64,000 nt of DNA from Octopus vulgaris (lineage: Eukaryota): the NCBI GenBank assembly GCA_951406725.2, contig OX597829.1, forward strand, positions 56,916,001-56,980,000. The letters are read 5' to 3'. Shown here piece by piece: positions 23,966 to 36,688 of this stretch (positions within the stretch are counted from its first letter, which is position 1; every line of letters begins with the position of its first letter). A program made the position numbers and the translations under genes. The notes below the pieces were generated by a model that saw nothing but the letters and a program-made list of their open reading frames with translations, was not told where the DNA came from and searched no databases.

Positions 23966-26172
23966 CTGAAAATAAACAGAAAGAATGTAAATAATTCATC
24001 ACATTTATCATCATGATTAAGATACATCATCATCATCATCAGTATTATCATTTTAAAGTCTATTTTTCCATGCTAGCATGCGTCAGATGAGATTCACTGA
24101 AGGGGACTTTTAAGGCTTGTTGCCAAAACAAGGTAATATTTCCCCCTAGTCCTTTGAACATAAAACCAGTGCAATGGCAAGATATGATTTCATGGAAGAC
24201 TGCAAATAAACAACAGATATTTTGAGTTGTTTTTTTGTATAATGGTAGTGTTTGTATACAACTAGACTCCATGTCAAGAAAAGAAACATGAGCACACACA
24301 CACATACTAACATACATATTTACATACATACACACACAAAACATGGCGGACTTCATTCATTTTTGTCAACTAAATCTGCCCACAGGGCTTCTAGGTCAAC
24401 CCATGGCTGTCACAGAGGACCCTGGCCCAAGATACCCAAAACTATGTATCTGCAAGATTCTTAACCAAATAGCCATAAATGTGCCTTAGCAAAAAGATAT
24501 CAAGATACATTTTAAGATTTTCTATCACCAGACATTCCACCCATGATCATCCAACATGTTCATGTTTTTTGCTTTAAGACAGAAGGTAGAGTATTTGAAC
24601 TGAGGTATGTGGTAGTTATTTCTATCAGACTGAACACTTCACACGGAGGATCCTTCATCGGTTAATATAAATATCAGCATTTAATATATGTAATCAGTTA
24701 TTGTTCAGTCCAAGGATAATTTCGATTGAGCCAGGCCTTGTGAGCAAAAGAGTTCCATTTGTGACCATCTTGACTTTCCTTTTATACAGTAGGATGTGAT
24801 TTGAAGGAATTTGGATGCTATTTCTAGCACAGTTAGCTACTGATAATTTCAATTCTTATGAACCTTGTAAAGGTGTGACGTATGAATTACAACTCATAAG
24901 CAACAGACTTGACTGTTATTAATCATAAAGTTAAATGCCATCACTAGTTCTCTCCCTTACCACGTGACATTATTCACTTCCATCCTGTGAATCTCCAAAT
25001 TCTCAAAGTCGTTCACATTGACATTCATCTCACACTCTAACCACAAACCATTTCTACAACTATTCATTACTCATTCTCTTTTACCTACAAACAGAGCAAC
25101 CTTATTTTTGCTTTCTCATTGTTAAACAACTTGGAGCCTGGGGAGCAAAAACACAATAGCCATAGTAGTAGAAAGGTTGATTGCAAGTGTTGGTTCAGGC
25201 TTCTTGACTCCTTCCCAGTTTAGAGGACAGTGCACACACACACACACACACAAAAGATGAGATATGATAGGAAAATTATTTCAGTGTTACTAAAAATACA
25301 AAAGCAATTGTTAGAGTTTAGCTTCACCCTTTTCGCATTTAGATTTCTTGGTCAAATGCAATTCTTATTTATTCAAATTGGTTTGAATTAAGCACACATT
25401 ATCTTGTAGTTTCAATGGTGTGTTTGTGTATTTTTAGAACGACATTGTAGGGTAAGTGTGAGAAGCATGATCTGGTCAGTTTTAACATAAAACAAATTGA
25501 ATATCTGGACTGGATATAGATGGATTAAATGCTAAAGCATTAAATATTTTTAATAGCTAATATGAGAATGGAGAAACAAGAAGTTGCAGCATACATTCTT
25601 TCCCTATATCTGTTTCTTTATTGCCCACGAGGGGCTAAACATAGAGGGGACAAACAAGGACAGACAAACGGATTAAGCCGATTACATCGACCCCAGTGTG
25701 TATCTGGTACTTAATTTATCGACCCCAAAAGGATGAAAGGCAAAGTCGACCTCGGCGGAATTTTTCCCTATATCACAAATCAAAACCATTTGCAATAGAA
25801 ATGACGTAAAGCAGTTTCAAATGAGAATTGAAAACAGGTGGTAAACAAAGGATTTCAAGTTCTGTCATGGTACCAACCGTTGCCAGGTAACAAACGAATT
25901 TTTATTTTGGTCATACTGTATTAAATGAAATGTATTTCACCCCAGAATTCATATTAGAAAACCCCCCCCAAAAAAACATTAAAATATATCTTATTTTTAA
26001 CTTGTTTCAGTCACTGGACTGTGGTCATGCTGGGGCACCATCTTGAAGGGTTTTAGTTGAACAAGTCGTTTACTTGTTTCAGTCATTAAACTGGTCATGC
26101 TGGGGCACTACCTTATATACTGCTATACAATATATGAAACATAGTCATAAAAAAGAAAAAGCAACAACATAC

Positions 26173-26292
26173 CTCATGAAAACCATGTGCCATATTTTTT
26201 CGGACTGCGGGTAAAGAATCCTTGCACATCATTGAAAACGTTTCTAATAGTTCTGATTCAAAATCTTTGGCCCCAACAAACAAAGAAATAGC
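26173..26292 (-). CDS. PPP4R4: PPP4R4 exon (AISLFVGAKDFESELLETFSMMCKDSLPAVRKNMAHGFHE)
   Basis: cag acceptor and gtatg donor; 120 nt. Confidence 0.92.
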
Positions 26293-27100
26293 CTGAAAAA
26301 TTATATGAAAAATGGGTTATTAAATAAAAAAAAAATTTTTTAAATGAGAAGAAATGGTGAGGTCAGATCTGAAGATATTGGAGAGGAGTTCAGATTCTAT
26401 GGAGGTTCTAAGTAGTTACTCAGCCTGTTTAATACAGAACAGTAAAATTTCCTTCAACAAATTGTTCACTGTCTTTATGATAGGAGATCTTATTAACAAC
26501 ACTGAGGAAGCTTCTATGTATCCCTCTGTTCAATTATGCTCCATATTACAGCCACAGCTTCCTTTAAAAACAAATTACTCCTTTTAAAACAGAGACAACC
26601 ACTTTTGAAATGAAGACCAATTTTTTAAGTCTTTAAATTTACAACAGAAGATTCCAGAATAAAGATGGGACAGCCACAATGGAAGTTTTGATCTGGCTCT
26701 CAAATTTGGCTCAAACTATACTTCAGGTGGTTGGATTTGCAGGTTGAACTCTCTTCAGATTTACCTTTAAGTCACAGGTCTTGTAGGAATGGTTCTTGGC
26801 ACACAATACTTTCTCACAGTAATATGGGATCACAATTTTGCCAAGAGTGCAGCCTATTGTATGATGAATACTTATTTATTGATGTCCCCCTACCGTCCAC
26901 CTCTACATGTACTGGGTTGAAAGACATTGACAAGAACAGAGAGATTTGAACCCAGAAATGTTGAAAAAGTATTATGCCTGGTGCTTTACCGTCTGTGCCA
27001 TTCTGTTGCGGTGACCATCTCCATAACAATAATAATATTTCTAACACAGATACAAAGTTTGGATTTGAGATTTAGGTAGGGTGAGGGATTAGTTGATTAA

Positions 27101-27320
27101 CCCTTTAGCATTTCAACTGATCATATCTGGCCAAAATATTTTCCCTGCTTTATGTTCAAACTGACCAGATCCAGCCTCTCACACCTACCCTACAATGTCC
27201 TTCTAAATATAAACAATCACATCATCAAAATCTCAAAGCTATGAGACATTGCATGATTAATCTAAAATTATGTGAATAAATAAGCATCACATTTGACAGA
27301 GTAATCTGAATGCCGAAGGG
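27101..27320. mobile_element. piggyBac-like MITE (TTAA TSD), multicopy (also about 25325-25545, 35655-35830, 46848-47045, 47985-48180, 51300-51598)
   Basis: ttaa|ccctttagcatt...aatgccgaaggg|ttaa; internal sequence shared among copies. Confidence 0.82.
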
Positions 27321-28078
27321 TTAAATTAACCACACTAATTAACCCTTCAAACCTGTAACACTGGTTTACTGTGGAGTGCATCAGGAAGCCAGGTGTATGG
27401 TCAAATAAGGTTCAGGTGGTCAGAGCTCAAAGGGTTAAGTTGCTGCATTATGAACCCCAGAGAGATGAAAAGAAAGTTGATGATCTCAGAAGGATTTGAA
27501 CACAAAACAAATTTCCTTAAAAAATATTGCTAGGCTTTTTGTCTGTCACTAACAGTCCACAGTAATGTATTCTGATTTAGGCAGAAGGGCCAGGGAGAAA
27601 TTTAGATGATACCAATGACCCCAGTACGTGACTGGTACTTTATTTTATCAGCCCCTAAAAAAGAATGAAAAGAAAATTTGACTTCAATGCTAGTTCTCTG
27701 AAATTTCCATCAATCAATCACACATTCCCCCACCCAATGTCAACTGTCAGATGTAGGGGTCTATGAGTTGGCACATTAGTCAAGAGCAATGAAATCTCCA
27801 AAAAGGCCTTTTCTGGGAATTTCTGATGAGAGGAGAAACTGCCACCCCTTATTCAGAGGGGGTACTCAAATGCAACCTTGTTCCACCTCACAAAATTTCT
27901 CCGAGGGGCCCAGTCAGACACACAGAAATGACATGAACCACTGATTATGGAAAGTGTGTGTGTTGGGGGGAAGGGCCAGGTGGGAGAGTCATAAAACACA
28001 AGCACTGCCCCCCACCACCACCACCACTGACCAAACAATAGCAACAAACCCAAAAAATATTTTTCAAGAGATACTTAC

Positions 28079-28147
28079 TGGAAAGTTGTAGGCAGCATTT
28101 ATCCTGCAGTTATGAAATGGATGTTCAATGGCCAATTGATTTTTAAA
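28079..28147 (-). CDS. PPP4R4: PPP4R4 exon (FKNQLAIEHPFHNCRINAAYNFP)
   Basis: cag acceptor and gtaagt donor; 69 nt; AYNFP motif. Confidence 0.92.
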
Positions 28148-28299
28148 CTGAAAATAAAAGGTGAAACAAACATGATAAACCACATAAATGGCTTCATTAA
28201 ATAATTTAGAAAAAATAAATTATTTTACAACATTTTCCTTAACATTTATTTAAAAAATGCTTAACTCTTTTGTTACTGTATTTCTGTTGAAATATGCAG

Positions 28300-31133
28300 C
28301 TTTTGTTTCAATTATTTCATTGTGTTGGTATTTAAGCTGAAATTAAAACAGTGAATTTGTATGGCAGAAGTAGGGCCTGTCTCAGTCTTTAGACTCGAGA
28401 CCAGAAGGATGCCATGAAGCAGACCAATCTGGAAAAGAAGGACTTGGAAGCTTAGGAACCCTTCACCTGGTCACAGATGTAGGGATATCCTTACCAAGAA
28501 ATTTGATGATAGAGAGGAGGAGCTACAGTCCTGTGACATAGAAGACAGCTGGAAATTCCTACGAGACAGCTCGCTGAGTGCCACAGACCAAATCTGTGGC
28601 TGGTGCAAAGTCCCTTCCAGACCCAGAGTAACATGGTGATGGAAACAATACTGTAGACAGGGCCATTAGAGCAATGAAACAGGTCTGGAAGAGCAGGGGT
28701 AGCAGGGGACTGTGTCAGATAGCCAGAAGGGAAGCTAGGAGACAAGTATATATAACCAAAGGACAAGCAGAAAAGGAAGAAGTTTGCCAATGTTCAGCAA
28801 CTTGAGGACCAAAGAACTGAAGTATTTCAGACTGCAAGACAGTGTGTGAGAGAAAATTGTGATGTCATAAGAGAGAAATGTGTCTGCATGGATGATGGTG
28901 CACTTGCTTTTAATGATTCTGCAAAGAAAGAGGCTTGGAGATGCCATTATGAAAGACTGCTGAATGTGGAGAATGAATGGGAGGAGGAGAGTGTGCTAAA
29001 GGTTGACCCAATTCAGGGACCAGTTACCCAAATCAACAGTACCCTGATAGATAAAGCAATTAAGGATGTGAAGACAAGGAAAGCTTCTGGCCCATCAGGA
29101 ATCACAGCTGAGATGCTTAAAATATCGGGTGGTGTGTGTTATGGTCTTGTCACCCGCATCGTAAATCAGGTAGTTCATGAAGGAGTCATATCCAATGACT
29201 GGTGTAGCAGTACCATAGTCAACTGCTACAAAGGTAAGGGTGATGCTCTAGATAGAAATAACTACAGGGGTATCAAACTGCTGGATCAGGTGATGAAAGT
29301 TACAGAGAGGGTCATAGCCCAACTAATTAGGGAGAGAGTTAGCCTAGATGAGATGCAGTTTGGTTTTGTGCCAGGCAGAAGCACCAATGATGTTATATTT
29401 CTGGTGAGGCAACTGCAGGAGAAATACCTAGCCAAACATAAACCTCTGTGCTTGGCTTTTGTTGACTTGGAGAAAGCCTTTGACAGGATCCCCTGATCCC
29501 TTATCTGGTGGTCAATGTGGAAACTGATGATAGACAAGTGGCTAGTAAGAGCTGTACAAGCCCTTACAGGGATGCTGCTGTCAGTAAGGTGAGGGTTGGC
29601 AATGAGTATAGTGTAGAATTCCAAGTAGAAGTAGGGGTTCACCATGGTTCAGTCTTCAGCCCCCTCTTATTCAATAACAGAGGAATTCAAAACAGGCTGT
29701 CTTCGGGAGCTCCTCTATGCTGATGACCTTGCTCTAATAGCTGAGTCACTGCCAGAACTGGAGACAAAGTTTAGGGTGTGGAAGCAAGGTAAACCAAAGT
29801 CCTACTTAGTAAGAAGGCTGTCAAATCACAGCCCACTTCAGGTAGATGGCCCTGTTCGATCTATAGAAAAAGCATAGATAGAAACTCCATACTTTGTACC
29901 TGGTGTAAGCTATGGACATATAAAAGGTGCAGCAATATCAAAGGAAGGTTAACCAGGAAGATAGCTTTTGTGTGTGGCAGATGCACAGGGGCAATAAACA
30001 CCGAAAATGTACAGAATCCATCACAAGCCAAGGGGAAAAACTAGAAGTAGTTAATAGCTTCTGCTAGCTAGGTGACCAAGTCAGTGGTGGGGGTGGATGC
30101 TTGGAGAGCGTAGCTGCTAGAATAAGAATAGCCTGAGCAAAGTTCAGAAAGCTCCTACCTCTGCTGGCAACAAAGGGCCTCTTGCTCAGAGTAAAAGGTG
30201 GACTGTACTTTGCATGTATACGAACTGCCATGCTACACAGCAGTGAAACATGGGCCGTGACTGCTGAGGACATGTGTAGGCTTGAAAGAAATGAGGCTAG
30301 TATGATTCGTTGGATGTGATATGTCAGTGTGCACACATGACAGAGTGTGAGCACTCTGAGAGAAAAGTTGGACATAAGAAGCAGCAGATGTGGTGTGCAA
30401 GAGAGGCGACTGTGTTGGTATGGTCATGTGATGCATATGGATGAGGACAGCTGTGTGATTAGGTGTCATATCCTAACAGTGGAAGGAACTTGTGGAAGAG
30501 GTAGATCCAGGAAGACATGGGATGAGGTGGTGAAGCACGACCTTCAAATGTTAGGCCTCACAGAGGCAATGACAAGAGACTGAGACCTTTGGAGATATGC
30601 TGTGGACAATACCAGTGTCGCATAACCAGGTCATTTAAAAGTACCCTTGAATTGCCAGGTGACATGCTGCGTTTGAGATGACCTGTTGAGTCAAGTGAAA
30701 TCGTAGTTGTGGCCGATGCCAGTGCAACCCAACTGGCTTCTGTGCTGGTGGCACATAATAAGCACCATTTAAGCAGGGGTCAATGCCAGTGCCCACTGAC
30801 TGGATCCCATGCTGGTGGCATGTATTAAGCACCAATTGAGCATGGGTCGACGCCATTGCTGCCTGATTTGCTCCCTGTGCCAGTCACGTGTAAAAAGCAC
30901 CATCCAAATGTGGTCAATGCCAGTGCCCACTGACTGGCTCCCATGCTGGTGGCACATAAAAAGCACCCACTACACTCACGGAGTGTTTGGCGTTAGGAAG
31001 GGGGCATCCAGCTGTAGAAACCTTGCCAGATCAGATTGGAGCCTGGTGCAGCCTACTGGCTTCCCAGACCCCAGTTGAACAGTCCAACCCATGCCAGCAT
31101 GGAAAACAGATGTTAAACAATGATAATGATGAT
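28300..31133 (+). mobile_element. 5'-truncated, decayed RTE-clade LINE (reverse transcriptase pseudogene, 3'UTR and (GAT)n tail)
   Basis: KASGPSGITAEMLK, NYRGIKLL, QFGFVPGRST, AFVDLEKAFDRIP, GVHHGSVFSP, LLYADDL, GRGRSRKTW; several stops and frameshifts; ends catggaaaacagatgttaaacaatgataatgatgat. Confidence 0.93.
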
Positions 31134-32436
31134 GTTTCTCTGCTAAACCCAGCAACTTATGTCAGATGAAAATATGGACTTTAAATTATTTTTCCAAGGA
31201 GGGCTTTCCCAAAATTACAGTGTTTTATCTCTTGTACACTTCATAAACTGTGAAGCAGAGTATTTTAATTTAGAATCATAAACAAATTAAATAATGTAGT
31301 AAGCTCTTTCTTAACCTGACCCTTTGCCCACCAGTAGGTTAACAGAAGTGGGTTAAGTGAAGCAAGAGGGTGCCTTGTTACTTTCTTTCTGATAATATTT
31401 GTTCTTTAGTTATACAAGAGGAAATTTCATTATAGTTCTGAGAGGAAGGATGAGTAGGAACCTAAGAGCTTCAAACGTTCCTCAAGAATATTTCATGAAC
31501 ACAAACACTGGTTATGATGCCAATATCATCCAATGCTTCTTGACTGACATGGGTTGGTGAAGGTATATGGTCCCTAGTGGTTAGGGTTTTGCAGCTCACG
31601 CTCATAATGTTATGGGTTCAATTATTGTCTTCAGCAAAGCACACACATTGTTCCCATCTACTCAGCTGTAAATGAATGCTGGCCCCCACTCCTTCTAGTC
31701 CTCACATCCTGGATGTGCCACTGGATCAAGGATGGGACAGTGGAAACAATGTCTGTGTCTGCTTCCAACTACATAGGAGTGACCGAAAACAAAATAATGA
31801 AAACATGGTACAAAACAAGTTACCAAGTCATACAAGTCCATCTGACATGAATTGGTTGGGTTTGCAGCAAATAAACTACTTAACCCAGTTCCACATTATC
31901 TCATCTGTGAGACTCAATATCCCAAGATTTAATCTCATCACTTCCTGTTCCACACTTATTTTCTTCTCCATTGTCAACACTCATTATACATTCATACCCT
32001 CACATAGTCCCTCCTACACACATCTGTTGTTGAATATTTTATGAAAGGCTTTGTTGTTAATTGAGTGGGGAAGGCTGCTGTTTTTTTTAAATACTATTCT
32101 CTACTCAAAGTCTTTAATTATTAACATCAAAATACCATTCCTGGGATTAGTTTACCTTACAAAGCATAACCAATGCTTTTTTTTATGGAGTGAAAAGTTT
32201 ATTTTCATGGACCTTGAAAGGATGAAAAGTAAATTTAACCTTGGTGGGAAATGAACTCACAGTGTAGAGATTTGCAACAGATACAACAGCATATTCCACC
32301 AGACATGCTGACAACAATGAGGATTTGCCATCTCTGTGAAATAACATCCATATCACAAAACACAAAACGTTTGATTTTGTACTGATTCCTATCAAGAAAC
32401 CATACTGGGATTAACTGTCATATTCAATGAAATGTC

Positions 32437-32516
32437 ACACTGTGCCAGGTTTGGATGTCACACTCGACTCAGACACCGTGCCAGGCTTGGATCCCACACT
32501 ACACTCAGACATCATG
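32437..32516. repeat. 36-bp tandem repeat (about 2.2 copies)
   Basis: cactgtgccaggtttggatgtcacactcgactcaga and caccgtgccaggcttggatcccacactacactcaga. Confidence 0.7.
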
Positions 32517-33157
32517 TTGGACTAATTTACACTTTTTTTGTCCTTACATTCCATGTTCAAATTCCACCTACCCAAAGCCTTATTTTTATAATTCTGACAG
32601 TCAATAAAGGACTCTAAACCAATAAATTTGTTTTATGGTTCACTAATATAGACATAGACATCCATATCCCTTTCTATCAAACTAATTTCAAGGGAAAGAT
32701 AGAGCAAACACTGTTCATATGCAATGAAGAGCTGATGTAAATTTAAAACAAAACTTTAAACATTCAGCCAATGAGACACAATTTCTTCTCTCTGCTGCTG
32801 CCTATTGTTATTACCAAAGATTCTGCATCTGTGAACCAACTAACTCCTTATCATTCGGCACACCCACCTTTCTTTCTCACATTACACCTTTTATTCTCAT
32901 GACTCACCCTGTTCCACCCATATTAGACTAAAGGACTTTGTAATAATTATTCCTTTCCATAACTGCAGCCCTCAATAGTTCCTTCCCTACTCAACTTCTT
33001 TTCAGACCCAAACAAATACAAACTAAACGGCATTTGAACAAATTCCATCAAACTGAGAAGGAAGGACATGACTACTGTCCCCACCCACCCACCCACCTCT
33101 CTCTCTCTCTCCAAAAAATAAAAAAAAAACCCCATCCCACTACAAGCAAACTATTCA

Positions 33158-33460
33158 TCTTTTACTTGTTTCAGTCATTAGATTGTGGCCATGCTGGGGC
33201 ACTGCCCTGAAAGATTTTGATTCAATGAATTGATTCCAGTACTTCTTTTAAAACCCTGCTACCTATTCTATTGGACACTTTTCTTGAACCATTAAGTTAT
33301 GGGGGACCTAAACAAGTCATCATAAGTTATCAAGCAGTGGGAGGGGACACACACACACACACACACACAGAGTCTTCTTTCAGTTTCTGTCTACCAAATA
33401 TATTGACAAGGCTTTGATTGGCCCAAGGTTTTTGTAGTGGACACTTGACCACGGTGCCAT
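33158..33460 (-). mobile_element. SINE family A
   Basis: tttacttgtttcagtcatt tail and cttctttcagtttctgtctaccaaa core. Confidence 0.75.
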
Positions 33461-33496
33461 AAAATTTAAAATAAAAAATTAAATGCTATAACTTAC

Positions 33497-33597
33497 CCCA
33501 TATTCAGAAGAATTACTATTTTTATCTGAATAACCAACTTCACACAGTTTTTTGTAACAATCCAAAAACCAATCTTTTTGTTTTTCATTTAAATTTG
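33497..33597 (-). CDS. PPP4R4: PPP4R4 exon (NLNEKQKDWFLDCYKKLCEVGYSDKNSNSSEYG)
   Basis: tag acceptor and gtaagt donor; 101 nt; matches FLEFYKKLCTLG. Confidence 0.92.
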
Positions 33598-35890
33598 CTA
33601 AAATATAAATAAAAGGAAACACAAGTTGTTATTCATTTCATCACCATTTTCATAATTATGATCAAAGTCATTGTCATCACTGTAAATTAGGTTAATTAAT
33701 AATGTAAAATAAACCAGATCAAATATTCGTAATAACATGTTATATCACACGTTCGGATGACCTCTACTCAACTCCTTGATGTCTAGGCTTCTCCCTCTAT
33801 ATCTACGTATTGAGCTCAGCCTACTTCATCGTCTGGGGGCATCCACACAACATAATTACATGTGGTTTTGCATAAATAATGAGTTTTAAATGATCAAGAA
33901 ATTAACCTTTAGCATAAATTTGTGAGGAATCTAGAAAACTTAAATTATCCCATCATTATTCTCTTGACAAAATTCCAAATGGGAAACAATAAGCTTTTGA
34001 CTAAATCACATTTTGAGATACAAATCCTCATTATTTAATGCCTGTTTTCCATGCTGTAGGTGCATCAAGTCACTATTTGAGTTTACTTCCTCTCAAGGTA
34101 ACACAATGCATCTGTAGCTACAAGGGAGAAAGTAATTCAAATGGTGATATAATGCATTTGAACATGCTAAAGGTTTAGTCATTTGACTGAAATTTTTGAA
34201 GAAAGGAACAGGCATGTTTCAGCCTTACTGGAGCTCCTCAGTGCACTGTACTCAGTTTGTAACACTAAGAGTGAAGCCACATGGCCAGTGACTTAGCACT
34301 TTAACATCTCCTTGGTCTGTGTATCTGTCATTTCCTACTTTTAATCATTCTTTAATGTAGATATACATAAAACAAGCAAACAAACATAACTCCTCACTTC
34401 AATAGTAAGACCACTTGCAGATGAACTGTATTATGTTTGAATGAATACAGAAACAAAAACATTGTACAATAAATAAATTACAAAAAAAAACAAAACAAAA
34501 CACAAGAGAAAAGAATTTAGAGAACTTTAGCTTTTGTGATGACAGAAAACAAAACAAAACAAAAATTCTCTTCAAAGGGGATAGAGCACAATAGGTTAAA
34601 AATAAAATGCTGATTTAATTTCACGGCTGAGCGATTAGTTGTAGGATGTGAAAACATTTTTCAACAATTGATGATGGACATGAAAATCCAACAGAAAAAT
34701 GTGAACAGAAAGATGTTATTGCTAATCCCCACCCATTTCTTTCACACACTTTATATTCATCTTCCCCCATGTTGATGTAGGTTAAATAGTCCTGCATATA
34801 TATAAATATTTCCCTCTTTGTTTGGGTTAAGCAACAGTAAGATGTCCAAAATAAAATCAAATAATGGCTTCTAAGCAGTAGTAGTGGTGGTGGTGGTGGT
34901 GGTGGTTAACATATTAAACTGCATCTAGTTCAGTGAGGTTTGAGTTCAGAAGTTTTAGGGAGTATGGAGTTATCTCTTTGTTACCATTACTTCCAGACTG
35001 ACTCTGATCCAGGGTGGCTGTACCTGTCAGGGGCTTCATTTATGGATCAAATAACAGATGACGGTCCTGTGGCTAAGGCATACAGGACTTGGAGGAGGGC
35101 CGGTTCCTAGGTATGTGCCATATATGCCCAATGGTGAATGGACCTAATGCAAAAATGTTTAAGGTTCATAAACCCTAAACCCTGCACCTCAAGCACAAGA
35201 TCAAAACAGCAAGAGACTAACAGAGTAAACAGACAGCAGGCCATGAGTAACAACCAGTGGTTTATCTTCCACAAGAGGAACTGCGACAGTCTTTGGCCTG
35301 GAGGTCTTTAAGCATCAGTATCAGTAGGCAAGATGCATGAAGAGAAACAGTAGCACTAGTAATAAGGTTATGAAAAAAAAAAAATGGAAAAGAAAAGAGA
35401 AGAGAAAAAAAAGCTTAAAATCGAGAAAACATGATTTTCAGAATCTTCAAACATGAAATGGTTCCCGAAATATGATTTAAAAAACAAAATGCAATGGAAC
35501 CAATCAGATCACCATGCAGAATGAGAAGAATTTATTCAGTACATTTCTCTAAATCATAAACAGGAATTGTTAAACATAACCAGAACCAGAAATTAGGAAA
35601 GTAGCAAGAAGATCGTTAGTGAGACTTCAATTTAATGACTTCTGAACCATAATCCTATTTAAATTCGCCATATCCAGCCCAAATATTGTATATGCTTTAT
35701 ATTCAAACTGGTAAGATCTGGCCTGTCACGCTTACCCTATAATGCCATTCTAAAAATAAACAATCACATCACTGTAATGTTAAAGCTTCAATAGAAAGAA
35801 AAAGCATTACATTTGACTAACAAATGAAAGCATTTAGTTACAAAGAAACTATAACCAAATGCGAGTGAGTGTGTTTGTTTGTGTATGTGC

Positions 35891-35941
<51 letters not shown>

Positions 35942-36449
35942 TACACAGTATTACATAGCATGACAGCTAAAAAGAGTTGTGTCTCTCCTCATGGCACCCC
36001 AACTACTTCAATGAAAGTTAACCTCTATGTGATTGCTTGACCAGCCAGAAACATCAGTCAAATTTCCCTCAAACTAGACCCTAACAGACACTGTGCTAAT
36101 AAATACACACCCTGTGAAGCTGGTCAGAGATAGCCTAGCACTAAATACCATATTTTTTTTTACCAATGAAGATCTGCAATAATTTTCTTGGACTTCATTT
36201 TTTTTTTTTTTAGAACATTTTGTGAACAACCATAAATTAGTCTCAAGAGATGTTTCTCAAAGAAACTGATTTAAAGATTGGGAAGAAAGAGACCACATGA
36301 ACTGAGTATTGATATATTTAAAGCAAAAAAGAGACACAAAAATGAAAGATTTGAAAGACCCTCAAAGCATGTAACCAACAGAAATCAAACTCAAATCACT
36401 CCAGTTTTTCACCTTGATATGCAGTGACCTTCATCCTGTAACCACTAAA

Positions 36450-36688
36450 TTTAACCTTTTTGATACCAACCTGTCTGAGACCACCCCTGGTTCTGTAATA
36501 CAAACTTCCCATTTCAATGTGATCTAAATTAAAACCTTCTTGCACTGAAATTCCAAGTTAATTTATGTTCTAAACACCAGTTTAATAATGACAAAGTTAT
36601 TTTATTAAATTCTTCATCATTTTCAAAGTAACTGGGAAATAAAAGGTAGTTTTTCATTTCAACAGAAATACGGTGAGCCAAAAGGTTA
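36450..36688. mobile_element. Second TTAA-flanked MITE family (also about 17797-18022, 46602-47105)
   Basis: ttaacctttttgatacc...gagccaaaaggttaa; shared internal gagaccacccctggttct. Confidence 0.7.

Noticed and set aside
27820-27845. ctgatgagaggagaaac hammerhead-like core
   Set aside because: There is no room or pairing for stem II and no flanking stems
28846-29496. 216-aa reverse transcriptase ORF as a host gene or retron-like system
   Set aside because: Fragment of a decayed RTE LINE with stops and frameshifts on both sides
30700-30970. Regularly spaced tggcac.taaaaagcacc repeats resembling a CRISPR array
   Set aside because: The spacers are homologous to each other, the array is part of the RTE LINE 3'UTR, the context is eukaryotic, and there are no cas genes
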